Assembly (NCBI GenBank): GCA_035517615.1
Contig: DATIYM010000007.1
Span: 36,608 to 100,607 of the forward strand
Reading direction: 5' to 3'
From: Gemmatimonadales bacterium
GTDB taxonomy: Bacteria > Gemmatimonadota > Gemmatimonadetes > Gemmatimonadales > GWC2-71-9
Length of the DNA stretch: 64,000 bases
Each line of letters begins with the position of its first letter. The first letter of the stretch is position 1. Position numbers and translations under genes: made by a program. Under the pieces are notes generated by a model that was not told the origin of the DNA, searched no databases, and worked only from the letters and a program-made list of their open reading frames with translations. Shown here one piece after another: positions 17,002 to 26,928 of this stretch.

Positions 17002-19123
17002 GCATGCGATGCGCGCTGAACTGGCGTCCGGATACCCGCATCGCATTGCGCATCTTCTCGATCCAGCCCATGGGCACGTTCCGCTCGTCACGCGCATAGT
17101 ACAGCGGAATGATCTGCTGCTCCAACAAGTCGTAGAATGCCGCCGCATCGTGCGCGTCGGCGTCCGTTCCCTCGGGCGCCAGCGGTATCGCCCAGCCATT
17201 CGTGCCATCGAAGCCTTCGGCCCACCATCCGTCGAGGGTGCTCAACTGCGGGACGCCGTTCATGGCGGCCTTCATGCCGCTCGTGCCGCATGCCTCGAGC
17301 GGCACTCGCGGGACGTTGAGCCAGACGTCCACTCCCTGGACGAGCCGGTGCGCCAGGTGCATGCCGTAGTCTTCGAGAAACGCGATTCTCCCCTCGAACC
17401 GGACATCGCGGCTCAGCTCGTACACGTGCTGGAGAACGTGCTTCCCGGGGTCGTCGGCCGGATGCGCTTTTCCGGCAAACAGGATCTGCACCGGCCGCCA
17501 CGGATTCACGAGCAGCGTGCGCAGCCGATCCAGATCGCGAAACAGGAGATCAGCACGCTTGTAGGTGGCAAACCGGCGGGCAAACCCCAATGTCAGCGCG
17601 CGCTCGTCGATGAGCGTGCCGGCACCCACGATGTGCTGCGACTCCTTCCATTCGTCCGCCCAGCGGCGGCGCGCCTCCTCGCGGATCGCCCGTGCAAGGA
17701 TTCGTTTGCGCTCCATATGCATGGCCCAGAGCGCGGCGTCATCGAGCGCCAGCATTCGGTCCCACACAGCGGCGTCGTCCTCGTGGTCGACCCACGTACG
17801 GCCGAACTGCCTGTCGAGCAACGCGGTGAGGTGGCGCGACAACCAGGTCGTGACGTGGACCCCGTTCGTCACGTACCCAATCGGCACCTGATCCACCGGC
17901 AGGTCGGGCCAGAGATCGCGCCACAACTCTCGCGAGACGGTTTGGTGCTTCCGTGAGACGGCGTTCACCCGCGCGGACAGCCGGATGGCGAGGACCGGCA
18001 TGTGAAATCGCGCGTCGCCCCCCTGGCCGCGTCTCCCGAGCTGGGCGATCGTTTCCCGCGTCACCCCCAGGTCGTCCCAGATGCGTCCCGTACAAGCCTC
18101 GATTTGCTCGAGCGTAAAGGCGTCGTCCGCGGCCGGCACCGGGGTATGCGTGGTGAAGATACTGGCCTCCCGCACCTGCCGGACGGCATCGGAATATGGA
18201 ACCTTCTGCGCCACGAGCTCGCGCACGCGTTCGAGCAGCATGAACGCCGCGTGTCCTTCGTTCGCGTGCCACACGGCGGGTTCGTCCCCGAGGGCGCGGA
18301 GCACCCGGACGCCACCCACGCCCAGGATCCATTCCTGCTGGAGGCGGAGCTCGAGTCCACCGGCGTAGAGCCGGTGGGTCAGCTCGCGGTCGGCGGGCTC
18401 GTTCTCCTCGAGATCGGTGTCGAGGAGATAGACCGGCACCCGCCCCACGAGGATACGCCATGCCCCCACGCATACCGTCCGCTTTCCCATTTGCAGCGTC
18501 GCAAGACACGGGTCACCGCCCGCGCCGAGCACACGATCGAGTGGCGTGAGCGTGGGATCGAAGGATTCATCCGCGTCTTCTTGCCAGCCATCGAGTCTCA
18601 GTCGCTGATCGAAATAGCCGCGGGTGTACAGGAGGCCGACGCCGATCAGCGGCACGCCAAGATCGGAGGCGCTCTTCGTGTGGTCGCCCGCCAGAATTCC
18701 GAGGCCTCCCGAGTAGATCGGCACGGAATTGTGCAGCCCGAATTCCGCACAGAAGTACGCGACGGGCCGATCCCCGATTCCGGAATGCTCCTTGCCGAAC
18801 CACGTACCGTCGGACCGGGCAAGACTGCGGTACTGCGCGAGCACGGCGTCGTAGCGCGCGACGAAATCGGAATCGGCCGCACAGGCGGCGAGCCGCCTCG
18901 AATCCACCTGGCGCAGCAGCGCAATCGGGTTATGACGTGTGAGATGCCAGAGGGTGTAGTCGATCGACCAGAACAGCGCCTGGGCCTCCGCGCTCCAGCT
19001 CCACCAAAGATTGCGGGCGATTTCGCTCAGTCCCGCGATTCGCGGGGGCAGGGGGGGCTCCAGTGAACCGATCGTCAAGCGCTCAGTGTCGCTCGCGAAC
19101 CACGCGCCACTGGCCCGTGACAC
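16952..19123 (-). CDS. glgP: Alpha-glucan (glycogen/maltodextrin) phosphorylase, GT35
   Basis: 723 aa. GGLGILAGDHTKSASDLGVPLIGVGLLY and the PLP-lysine region EACGTSGMKAAMNG. Confidence 0.88.
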   Translation of the reverse strand: MSRASGAWFASDTERLTIGSLEPPLPPRIAGLSEIARNLWWSWSAEAQALFWSIDYTLWHLTRHNPIALLRQVDSRRLAACAADSDFVARYDAVLAQYRSLARSDGTWFGKEHSGIGDRPVAYFCAEFGLHNSVPIYSGGLGILAGDHTKSASDLGVPLIGVGLLYTRGYFDQRLRLDGWQEDADESFDPTLTPLDRVLGAGGDPCLATLQMGKRTVCVGAWRILVGRVPVYLLDTDLEENEPADRELTHRLYAGGLELRLQQEWILGVGGVRVLRALGDEPAVWHANEGHAAFMLLERVRELVAQKVPYSDAVRQVREASIFTTHTPVPAADDAFTLEQIEACTGRIWDDLGVTRETIAQLGRRGQGGDARFHMPVLAIRLSARVNAVSRKHQTVSRELWRDLWPDLPVDQVPIGYVTNGVHVTTWLSRHLTALLDRQFGRTWVDHEDDAAVWDRMLALDDAALWAMHMERKRILARAIREEARRRWADEWKESQHIVGAGTLIDERALTLGFARRFATYKRADLLFRDLDRLRTLLVNPWRPVQILFAGKAHPADDPGKHVLQHVYELSRDVRFEGRIAFLEDYGMHLAHRLVQGVDVWLNVPRVPLEACGTSGMKAAMNGVPQLSTLDGWWAEGFDGTNGWAIPLAPEGTDADAHDAAAFYDLLEQQIIPLYYARDERNVPMGWIEKMRNAMRVSGRQFSAHRMLKQYVNECYLPAFRTS

Positions 19124-19589
19124 CGCCCACGACGGGACCGGGCGTACTCACGAACGTCCCGGCGATCGTGTCGCCCGTGAGACGGCCGTCGAATGTCGTC
19201 AAGACGCGGTCGCCGCTTGCGGGATCGGCATACGGCATAAGCTCGCCGTGCACCCGGTCCCCCTCGATTCGCACGAGGTGAATGGTGAGTGCCGTGGGCA
19301 TGGCCGTGGACGGCCGGCCCACGAGCTCCGGATCGTGCCACGGCCTGAGGGGAGCGCCGAACTGCGCTGGGACCATCATGATCACGCCCGATGCCGAGTC
19401 ACCATGCGGGTTCGCAGACACCGTGAAATCGATCGAACCCGCGCGCCCAGTGTTTTCGCTACCGTACTCACCGGTCCAGTGGCCGACCAGCGTTTGGACG
19501 TCAGTGGGTGCGCCTACCAGCGAGACTGGAGCGCGGTGGGTTGCGCAGGCAGCCAGCAAGACCAGAGCACATTCTGTGGTTCGGATCAT
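19083..19589 (-). CDS. Hypothetical lipoprotein
   Basis: Lipobox-like ALVLLAAC after a short basic N-terminus. No recognisable domain. Confidence 0.5.
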   Translation of the reverse strand: MIRTTECALVLLAACATHRAPVSLVGAPTDVQTLVGHWTGEYGSENTGRAGSIDFTVSANPHGDSASGVIMMVPAQFGAPLRPWHDPELVGRPSTAMPTALTIHLVRIEGDRVHGELMPYADPASGDRVLTTFDGRLTGDTIAGTFVSTPGPVVGGVTGQWRVVRERH

Positions 19590-19653
19590 ATAATCGAGGC
19601 AAGAGTCTCGTGAACATTGGCGTGGGCGACCGGAATTAGGGAGTGGCTGACTG

Positions 19654-20115
19654 ATGGCGAAGGAAAGCGCCGGGATTCTCCTGTTTCACAGGGATCCGGC
19701 TTCCTCGGCTCTGCTGGTCCTGCTGGTGCATCCGGGTGGTCCTTTCTGGGCACGGAAGGACGCGGGCGCCTGGTCGATTCCCAAAGGCGAGATCAATCCC
19801 GGCGAGGATCGCCTGGCGTGTGCGCGCCGCGAGCTGAAAGAGGAGGCGGGATGCACGGCCGACGGCGCACCAGTGCCACTCAAACCGTTGAAGCAACCAA
19901 GCGGCAAGCTCGTGCACGCCTGGGCAGTCGAGGGCGATTGCGATCCGGCGCTCGGGGGCAGTGACTTTGCGATGGAGTGGCCGCCCCAATCGGGCAAGCA
20001 GATGCGTTTTCCGGAAGTGGACCGAGCCGAGTGGTTTACGGTGGAACGCGCGCTGGAAAAGATTCTGCCGGGCCAACGCGGTTTTCTAGAGCAACTGGTG
20101 CAGCTGCTCAGCTGA
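19654..20115 (+). CDS. NUDIX hydrolase
   Basis: NUDIX box GEINPGEDRLACARRELKEEAG. Confidence 0.85.
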   Translation: MAKESAGILLFHRDPASSALLVLLVHPGGPFWARKDAGAWSIPKGEINPGEDRLACARRELKEEAGCTADGAPVPLKPLKQPSGKLVHAWAVEGDCDPALGGSDFAMEWPPQSGKQMRFPEVDRAEWFTVERALEKILPGQRGFLEQLVQLLS

Positions 20116-20117
20116 CT

Positions 20118-20149
20118 CGGGCGACCCGCTTTCCGAATCCGGTCGCCCG
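20118..20149. terminator. Candidate hairpin between convergent genes
   Basis: Perfect 9-bp inverted repeat CGGGCGACC...GGTCGCCCG with a 14-nt loop, starting 3 nt after the NUDIX stop. No clear U-tract. Confidence 0.35.
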
Positions 20150-20193
20150 CGTCTCGATCGACCTGAGGTTCGCTCAGCACGCCGAGCATGGGC

Positions 20194-20373
20194 TCACTCT
20201 TCGCGCATCTGTTCGACTTCGATCTTCAGCTTGCCCACTTCGCCGCGCAGCTCGTCGAGCTCTTGGGTGTGCCGCTCCACGGCTTTGAGATGGTGCTCGA
20301 TTTGATCGATCCTGCCCTCGAGGGCAGCGAGTCGCTGCTCGATCGTGGTGCCGGTACGTGTCGCGATCGCCAT
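20194..20373 (-). CDS. Small coiled-coil protein (59 aa)
   Basis: AAGGGGAGG RBS before ATG (cat at 20371-20373). Heptad-like MAIATRTGTTIEQRLAALEGRIDQIEHHLKAVERHTQELDELRGEVGKLKIEVEQMREE. The 289-aa track ORF is an artefactual upstream extension into the ldt gene. Confidence 0.5.
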   Translation of the reverse strand: MAIATRTGTTIEQRLAALEGRIDQIEHHLKAVERHTQELDELRGEVGKLKIEVEQMREE

Positions 20374-20462
20374 TGCGGCCTCCCCTTTGTGGTTTACCGA
20401 GAAATTCCCACGTGCACGCTCGCCGCGGGGGCCTGAGGGAAGTATGAACGCACGATGAGCGT

Positions 20463-22010
20463 TCATTGGCCCGCGAGCATCCTGTCCCAGCCATAGACGT
20501 CGTCCCGGAATTGCAGCGTGCCATCGGGATCGACCCACGCCGTCCAGTACGACACGTAAACCGGGATGCCGCGCTCGAGCGTCACGACGCGCGTTTCTGG
20601 CCCGCGCATGGCGCTGTCCACCGAGTCGCGTGGCCACTGCGCCGAATCGGCGAGCAGGATGCGGGCGAGCTGGGCCGCTCGCTCGGCGCGTATGCAGCCG
20701 TGACTGAAGGCTCGTATGCGCTGCTCGAATAACGAACGCTGCGGCGTATCGTGGATGTAGGAGCCGAAGCGGTTTGCGAACTCGAATTTCACGCCGCCGA
20801 GCGGGTTGGTCGCCCCGGGAGCTTGCACGAGACGCAGGGAATACGAGGAGTCGTTGAGGGCGCGCCAATCGACGGCGTGCCGATCCACCGGGCGCCACGC
20901 GCCGTTGGTCCACCGGAGTACGGTTATGCGCTCGCGCGCGAGATAGCCGGTGTCCCGCAACACGAAAGGGACGACCTCGGCAAGCACGATCTTCTTCGGA
21001 ATGTCCCACGACGGGTGAAAGATGAGGTTCGTGACCCGCGAGATGATGATGGGCGTGGGCCAATCGACACGTCCGACGATCGCGCGCATCGTCAGCACGG
21101 CCGTATCGTGACCCACGAGGGCGAGGGAGAACGCGGCGCTGTTGACCATGATGTAGCGCTCGCCCAGGCGGCGGGGCAGCCAGCGCCAGCGCTCGAGATT
21201 CAGCTCGATCTGGCGTATGCGCTGTTCGACCGGGACGTTCAGCGCAGCGCGCGTGGCCGCTCCGACAATCCCATCCGCTTCGAGTCCGTGCTTCGCTTGA
21301 AATCGGAGGACACGCCGAGCCAGCGCTCCATCAAAGCGGTCGTCCGCAGTCTCGGTGGCGTCTCCGTCGTCTTCGGCCGCAAGCCGACGTCTCAAGTCGA
21401 GCACGCGGATACCGCGCGCGCCGGGTGCCAGATCCGGCCCGTTCGAGAGCGAATCCCAGCCGCCCCGCTCGGCGATGGAGTGATAGCGCTCCAGCGCCGC
21501 GCGAAGGCCCGTGTATCCGCGCTGCGGCGGAGCGAGGCGCCGCAGTACGGTATCCAGGGGAAGGGAATCGAGGGCCCGGCCGAGGTCGCTGAACCGGATC
21601 GGCGCGGGTGCCGCCGACCAGAGGCTGTCTCTCGGCCCGGGACGGAATCGGCCGGCGGAGACGTCCCGGGCGTACGCGAGCAGGATGCGCGTCAGCCTGA
21701 GCTCGGTCTCAATCGCCGAATCGGGCCCGGTCGTTCGCGATTCGAGCGCGTAGCGCCGTGGGTCCAGGCCATCTTCGTCCGCGTGTCCGAGGACGGTCGT
21801 GAGCCGCATCGCCGCTGGTTTCACCGTGGTATCCGAAATCCAGAACGGACGATACGCCCGCGACCCGTAGACCTCGATCAGGACTCGGCGCTCGGAAGAA
21901 TCTGAATCTGCGGCCACCCGGGCCGCGAGGAGGTTTGCCGTTCCCTGAGCCGACACGATCGGGGAGAGCGCGACCTGCAGTCCGCATAGCACAAACCACG
22001 ACCCCTTCAC
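20463..22010 (-). CDS. L,D-transpeptidase (YcbB/LdtD-like) with peptidoglycan-binding domain
   Basis: 515 aa. Signal peptide, PG-binding-like LRFQAKHGLEADGIVG, and the YkuD catalytic motif SHGCIR. Confidence 0.85.
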   Translation of the reverse strand: MKGSWFVLCGLQVALSPIVSAQGTANLLAARVAADSDSSERRVLIEVYGSRAYRPFWISDTTVKPAAMRLTTVLGHADEDGLDPRRYALESRTTGPDSAIETELRLTRILLAYARDVSAGRFRPGPRDSLWSAAPAPIRFSDLGRALDSLPLDTVLRRLAPPQRGYTGLRAALERYHSIAERGGWDSLSNGPDLAPGARGIRVLDLRRRLAAEDDGDATETADDRFDGALARRVLRFQAKHGLEADGIVGAATRAALNVPVEQRIRQIELNLERWRWLPRRLGERYIMVNSAAFSLALVGHDTAVLTMRAIVGRVDWPTPIIISRVTNLIFHPSWDIPKKIVLAEVVPFVLRDTGYLARERITVLRWTNGAWRPVDRHAVDWRALNDSSYSLRLVQAPGATNPLGGVKFEFANRFGSYIHDTPQRSLFEQRIRAFSHGCIRAERAAQLARILLADSAQWPRDSVDSAMRGPETRVVTLERGIPVYVSYWTAWVDPDGTLQFRDDVYGWDRMLAGQ

Positions 22011-22164
22011 GAGGCCTTCAGCCTCCCTTCTCAGGCGCCGAGGTTTCGACAGATCCGAACGCGGAGCGACGATGATTGCCGTTAACGACGACAGGAGCGA
22101 CCGGCGCGACCATGATTGCGGCGCTCCGGGTACTTCATCGCAGCGGCTTCAGTTCGTTCGTCGC

Positions 22165-22782
22165 CTAACCGCTGCTCTCCGCCACGGTCCGCATGACGTC
22201 GGTCGTGGTCACGATACCGACCAGCTTGCTATGATCCATGACCACCGCGCGGTGGATCCGCTGCTTCAGCATGTACGCGGCGGCGTCGCGAACCGTGGTC
22301 TCGGGAGACACGGCCCGGACGCCACGACTCATTGCCTCGCCCACCGTGTGCTCGGCAAGGACGTCCCATTCAGGCCCGGCCAGCTCCTTGAATCGCTCCG
22401 TCACGTCCGCTCCGGCGTCGGACCACAATTCGCCGAAGTATGCACTGGGCGGAGCATCTTCGGCGTCCGGCTCCCACTCCACCGGCTCCGCTTCTTCGAC
22501 GTCGTCCTCCTCGACTGGCTGGGTGCGCTCGGTGGGGACGCCGGGAATATCGGCTTCGAACGCGAGGACGTCGTTGGCAGACAGCGTGCCCACCACTCGG
22601 TCACCGGCGACCACCGGCGCGCCCGTGATACGGTGAGTCGAGAGCAACTCGACGGCGTCACGCAGGGTGAGCTCGGCGTCGAGGACCAGCACCTCGCTGG
22701 ACATGATGTCTCGCACGACGGGCCCCGTGCCGGGGGCTTTGGGGTGCTGGGTGCGCCTGGCGGTTTCGTGTTTCATGACCAT
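22165..22782 (-). CDS. CBS-pair domain protein with acidic linker
   Basis: Two CBS motifs (VRDIMSSEVLVLD...GAPVV; VGEAMSRGVRAVSPE...RAVVMD...VGIVTTTDV) separated by a Glu/Asp-rich insert. Confidence 0.8.
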   Translation of the reverse strand: MVMKHETARRTQHPKAPGTGPVVRDIMSSEVLVLDAELTLRDAVELLSTHRITGAPVVAGDRVVGTLSANDVLAFEADIPGVPTERTQPVEEDDVEEAEPVEWEPDAEDAPPSAYFGELWSDAGADVTERFKELAGPEWDVLAEHTVGEAMSRGVRAVSPETTVRDAAAYMLKQRIHRAVVMDHSKLVGIVTTTDVMRTVAESSG

Positions 22783-22861
22783 CCTCCCGAATCAAGGGTC
22801 CCGGTTCAGGAGTCAACCTGCACGAGCCGCCCTAAAGGCTTGGTGAAGGCTCCGTGAGCGA

Positions 22862-23893
22862 TCACTCACCGAGTTTGAGCACGGCTCTTCCCGAGAGCAG
22901 AGCGGTTGCGACGCAGAGCGGGAGGAAGAAGTAAATGACGCGGTAGGCCACGAGCGCGCTGAAGATGGCGCCGCGGCGATATGAGCCACCCAGCATGGCG
23001 AGCACGACGGCCTCGAATATGCCGATCCCCCCTGGCAGCTGCGCGATCAGCGCCGCGATCTGGCCGAGGATGAACACCTCGAAAAAGCCAAAGAAGGCGA
23101 CGGCCTGTGAACCGGGGAGCAGCACGAAGAGCGCTGCTCCTGAGAGTGTCCAGTCCGCGAGCGACACGACGATTTGTTGCACGGCAAACGATGGCGACGG
23201 TGGTTCGAGCCTCCAGCGCATCACGTGGAACGGCTTGCCCCAGAGACTCCAGGCCAGATACGCGAGGACCCCCGCCAAGGCAACGAAGCCGAGTGGCTGC
23301 GTCGAAGACACACGCAGCCCGATGAGACGGGGCACGGCGGCTGGCTCGAGCAGGAAGGCCAGGGCCGCAGCTGTGAGCAATCCCACCGTGTAGGTGACCA
23401 GGTTGAGGAATACGAGCTCGGTCGTCTCGGCGGTGGTGAGCCCCCAGCGCGAATAGAACCGATAGCGGACAGACCCGCCCACGAACAGCGAGAGGGGAAT
23501 GTTGTTGGCGAGTGCGTATCCGATGAACGATGCGAGCACAATCCTGCTGATCGCGAGGGAACGGCGGAGGAACCGCAGCGCGATGATGTCGTAGCCGGCC
23601 AGCGCGAGATAGCCGAGGACAGTCAGGGCGAATGAGGCGACGAGCCGATTCGGGCGGAGCGAACGGAATTCTCCGATGAGCTCGTGTATCGAGACTTCGC
23701 GGAGTTGGCGGCGCACGATCCAGAGAGCTCCCGCGAGCAACGCGAGCTCGACGATCCAGCCCAATGCGCGCAGCAGTGGCCGTGATCGGGCGGTGGGCCG
23801 CTCGGCGGTCGGTGTGCGTGTCGCCACGGGGACCGAAGCTGCATGCGGGATTTCCCGCGCGCCAGCGCGGCCTCGAACACTCAGGATTCTCAT
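22862..23893 (-). CDS. Flippase-like / lysyl-PG-synthase-TM-like (UPF0104) membrane protein
   Basis: 343 aa polytopic membrane protein whose pattern is consistent with the LPG_synthase_TM family. Assignment by eye. Confidence 0.5.
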   Translation of the reverse strand: MRILSVRGRAGAREIPHAASVPVATRTPTAERPTARSRPLLRALGWIVELALLAGALWIVRRQLREVSIHELIGEFRSLRPNRLVASFALTVLGYLALAGYDIIALRFLRRSLAISRIVLASFIGYALANNIPLSLFVGGSVRYRFYSRWGLTTAETTELVFLNLVTYTVGLLTAAALAFLLEPAAVPRLIGLRVSSTQPLGFVALAGVLAYLAWSLWGKPFHVMRWRLEPPSPSFAVQQIVVSLADWTLSGAALFVLLPGSQAVAFFGFFEVFILGQIAALIAQLPGGIGIFEAVVLAMLGGSYRRGAIFSALVAYRVIYFFLPLCVATALLSGRAVLKLGE

Positions 23894-23958
23894 CCTGGGT
23901 TCACCATTCCCTCACTCGAGCCGGGCGAGCGTACCACAGCATCTGAAATGGGGGATTT

Positions 23959-25050
23959 GTGATTGCTCACCCGGGCGCGCTCGAGGAAGTCGAAGCTCCT
24001 CGGCAAGCGGTACCTCCTGCCCCGGAGCCCATCCCACGAAAGGGGTGGAGCAAACGACGGCAGATAATCGTCGCCGCGCTCGCGGCGGCAATCCTGCTCG
24101 CGTCCGGCCTGCTCCTGTTACTACGGCGCGCTGGGGCCAGCGCGCGCTCGCTCGGGGCCACGGGGACCGTCGAGGCGACGGAGGCCGTGCTGGGCTTCGC
24201 AGCGGCGGGCCGCATCGCGGAAATCCGAGTTCACGAGGGCGACACCGCCTCAGCCGGCGGGGTGCTCGCGGTTCTCGATACCGCGCAGGTGATGGCGCGC
24301 TTGCGTCAGGCGGAAGCGGCGGTGGGAGTGGCGGCGGCACAGCTCGCGGATTTGCGGCGTGGATCACGTCCGCAGGAACTGGAAGACCGTCGCCAGGCGG
24401 TTACGGCCGCGCAGCGCAACCTGGACCAGGCGAATCTCGACTGGAACCGCATGCGCGAGCTGACGAACGCGGTAAGCCAGCAGTCGATCGACGCCGCCCG
24501 GACCTCGCGCGACATCGCGCAGGCACGTTACGAGCAGGCCCGCCAGGAACTCGATCTGGCGGTCGCGGGCAGCCGGCCCGAACAGATCGCCGGAGCGGCT
24601 GCCGGTCTCGAGGCTGCGCATGCGCAGGCGGGGCTCGCAGCAGCCGTCGTCCGCGACTACTTCATCATTAGCCCGTTCGCGGGGCTCGTCACCGTGCGCG
24701 CCCGCGAGCCGGGCGAGTCGGTCGTCCCCGGGAACGCCGTGCTGAGCGTCATGAACCCGGAGGACCGCTGGGTCCGGATCTACGTGCCCGAAAACCGGCT
24801 GGGCGCCGTGCGCATCGGCCAGCAGGCCACGATCACGATTGACGCCTTTCCACATCGTTCATTCTCGGGCGTGGTGAGCTGGATTTCGCCCGAGGCGGAG
24901 TTCACTCCGCGAAACGTCCAAACCCAGGACGAACGGGTGAAACTCGTGTACGCGGCCAAAGTGCGCATTACCAACGATGCCGCGCTGGCCTTGAAACCCG
25001 GCACTCCCGCCGACGTGCGTCTCGACCTCAATCTGAACGAGAGCAGGTAA
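23959..25050 (+). CDS. HlyD-family periplasmic adaptor (YbhG-like)
   Basis: GTG start. N-terminal TM helix, coiled-coil middle, beta-barrel C-terminus (PGTPADVRL). Confidence 0.8.
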   Translation: MIAHPGALEEVEAPRQAVPPAPEPIPRKGWSKRRQIIVAALAAAILLASGLLLLLRRAGASARSLGATGTVEATEAVLGFAAAGRIAEIRVHEGDTASAGGVLAVLDTAQVMARLRQAEAAVGVAAAQLADLRRGSRPQELEDRRQAVTAAQRNLDQANLDWNRMRELTNAVSQQSIDAARTSRDIAQARYEQARQELDLAVAGSRPEQIAGAAAGLEAAHAQAGLAAAVVRDYFIISPFAGLVTVRAREPGESVVPGNAVLSVMNPEDRWVRIYVPENRLGAVRIGQQATITIDAFPHRSFSGVVSWISPEAEFTPRNVQTQDERVKLVYAAKVRITNDAALALKPGTPADVRLDLNLNESR

Positions 25051-25056
25051 GAGCCA

Positions 25057-25977
25057 ATGCCCGCGATCGCGCTGCAGTCGTTGACGCGCGCGTTCGGATC
25101 GGTCGTCGCGGTCTCGGATCTCACCTTTGCGGTCGACGCCGGCGCGCTGGTGGGCCTCGTGGGGCCGGACGGGGCGGGGAAGACGACCACGCTTCGCATG
25201 CTGGCCGGCGTGCTCCGGCCCACGAGCGGCGACGCTCTTGTAGATGGATCGAGCGTGACGCGCGACCCCGAAGCGCTGAAGCCGCACATCGCGTACATGT
25301 CGCAGCGGTTCGGGCTCTATCCGGACCTGACGGTCGCCGAGAATATCGAGTTTTATGCCGATGTGTATCGCGTCGGTCGCGCGGAGCGGAGCGAGCGCCT
25401 GGAGCGGCTGTATCAATTCTCGGGTCTCGGACCGTTTCACTCTCGCCGGGCCGGGGCCCTCTCGGGGGGAATGAAGCAAAAACTGGGGCTGTGCTGTGCC
25501 CTGATTCACCAACCTCGCATCCTGCTGCTCGATGAGCCCACCTTCGGCGTCGATCCGGTATCCCGGCACGAGCTGTGGCGCTTCGTCAACCAGATGGTGG
25601 CCGAAGGCGTGACGGTGCTCGTCTCGACGGCATATCTCGACGAGGCGGAGCGCTGCGACCGCGTGGCCCTGCTGGACCACGGACGCCTGCTCGCGTTCGA
25701 TGCTCCTAAAGTCCTCCAGGAGGGCCTGGAGGGGACGATGCTCGAAATCCAGTTGTCGGATGCGCGGGCGGGAGCTCGGGCCCTGCGCGCTGTGGAGGGC
25801 GTCCGCAGCGCGGTGGTGGTGGGAGACGTGGTTCACGTGCTGCTCCCGAGCGATGCCGACAGCTGGTCACGGGCACTCGCCCGGCTCGGCGCGGACGGGA
25901 TCAAGGTACAGGACGCCCGCCCCATCATCCCGTCGCTCGAGGACGTGTTCATCTCGCGCGTGGCGGGCGGGCGGTGA
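25057..25977 (+). CDS. ABC transporter ATP-binding protein
   Basis: GPDGAGKTT, LSGGMKQK, LLLDEPT. Confidence 0.88.
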   Translation: MPAIALQSLTRAFGSVVAVSDLTFAVDAGALVGLVGPDGAGKTTTLRMLAGVLRPTSGDALVDGSSVTRDPEALKPHIAYMSQRFGLYPDLTVAENIEFYADVYRVGRAERSERLERLYQFSGLGPFHSRRAGALSGGMKQKLGLCCALIHQPRILLLDEPTFGVDPVSRHELWRFVNQMVAEGVTVLVSTAYLDEAERCDRVALLDHGRLLAFDAPKVLQEGLEGTMLEIQLSDARAGARALRAVEGVRSAVVVGDVVHVLLPSDADSWSRALARLGADGIKVQDARPIIPSLEDVFISRVAGGR

Positions 25978-25980
25978 CGC

Positions 25981-26928
25981 ATGGTCCGCGCGATAGCGGC
26001 GATCGAAGCGGAGCACCTGACCCGGCGGTTCGGGGATTTCGACGCCGTGCTCGATCTCTCTCTCGCGGTGTCTCCCGGCGAGGTCTTCGGTCTCGTCGGG
26101 CCCAACGGCGCCGGCAAGACCACCTTGATGCGGATGCTCACGGGCCTGCTGGCACCGACTTCGGGGCGTGCCCACGTTGCGGGGTTCGACATCACGCACG
26201 AGCGCGCGCTCGTGAAGCAGCACATCGGGTATATGGCGCAGCTGTTCTGTCTCTATCCCGAGCTCACGGTGCGAGAGAATCTTGAGTTCTTCGGGGGTCT
26301 CTATGGCCTCGAGCCTCGCGCGCTGGCCGAGCGGCGAGCATGGGCGTTGTCGACCGCCGGACTCGAGGGGCATGAAGATCAGGTCACCTCCGAGCTGCCG
26401 CTCGGCTGGAAGCAGCGCCTGTCCCTGGCTGCGGCGGTCATGCACGAGCCCGAGATCCTCGTGCTCGACGAGCCCACTTCAGGCGTGGATCCGGTATCAC
26501 GCCGCTCGTTTTGGGATTTGGTCGAGACGCTTGCCGAGCGGGGAAAGACCATTCTCATCAGCACCCATCACATCGAAGAAGCCGAATATTGCGATCGCAT
26601 CGCGCTCATGAACCGTGCTCGTCTGATTGCACTCGGCGCTCCGCGCGAGTTGAAACACGAGCTCACGGGGCGCGTGCTCGAGCTCGAGGTGACCGGTCTG
26701 GAGCGTGCCGTCGACGTTCTGGAGCGAGTCGCCGGGGTGCAGAACGTGGCGATGTTCGGCCGGCGGTTGCACGTCGCGGTGCTCGATCAGGCGTCGGCGC
26801 TCCGCGAATTCCCCGGCCTGCTGCAACGCGCTGGCGTGGCGCTGAACGCGATGACGGCCGTCGAGCCGACGCTCGAGGACGCGGTGATGCTGTTGATCCG
26901 TCGCGCGGGGGGAGCGGTGGCAGGATGA
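25981..26928 (+). CDS. ABC transporter ATP-binding protein (second copy)
   Basis: GPNGAGKTT, a degenerate signature LPLGWKQR, LVLDEPT. Confidence 0.85.
   Translation: MVRAIAAIEAEHLTRRFGDFDAVLDLSLAVSPGEVFGLVGPNGAGKTTLMRMLTGLLAPTSGRAHVAGFDITHERALVKQHIGYMAQLFCLYPELTVRENLEFFGGLYGLEPRALAERRAWALSTAGLEGHEDQVTSELPLGWKQRLSLAAAVMHEPEILVLDEPTSGVDPVSRRSFWDLVETLAERGKTILISTHHIEEAEYCDRIALMNRARLIALGAPRELKHELTGRVLELEVTGLERAVDVLERVAGVQNVAMFGRRLHVAVLDQASALREFPGLLQRAGVALNAMTAVEPTLEDAVMLLIRRAGGAVAG

Noticed and set aside
20374-21063. N-terminal 230 aa of the 289-aa minus-strand ORF 20194..21063
   Set aside because: It overlaps the well-supported L,D-transpeptidase gene in another frame and is Arg-rich. Only the last 59 codons, which have their own strong RBS, look like a real gene.
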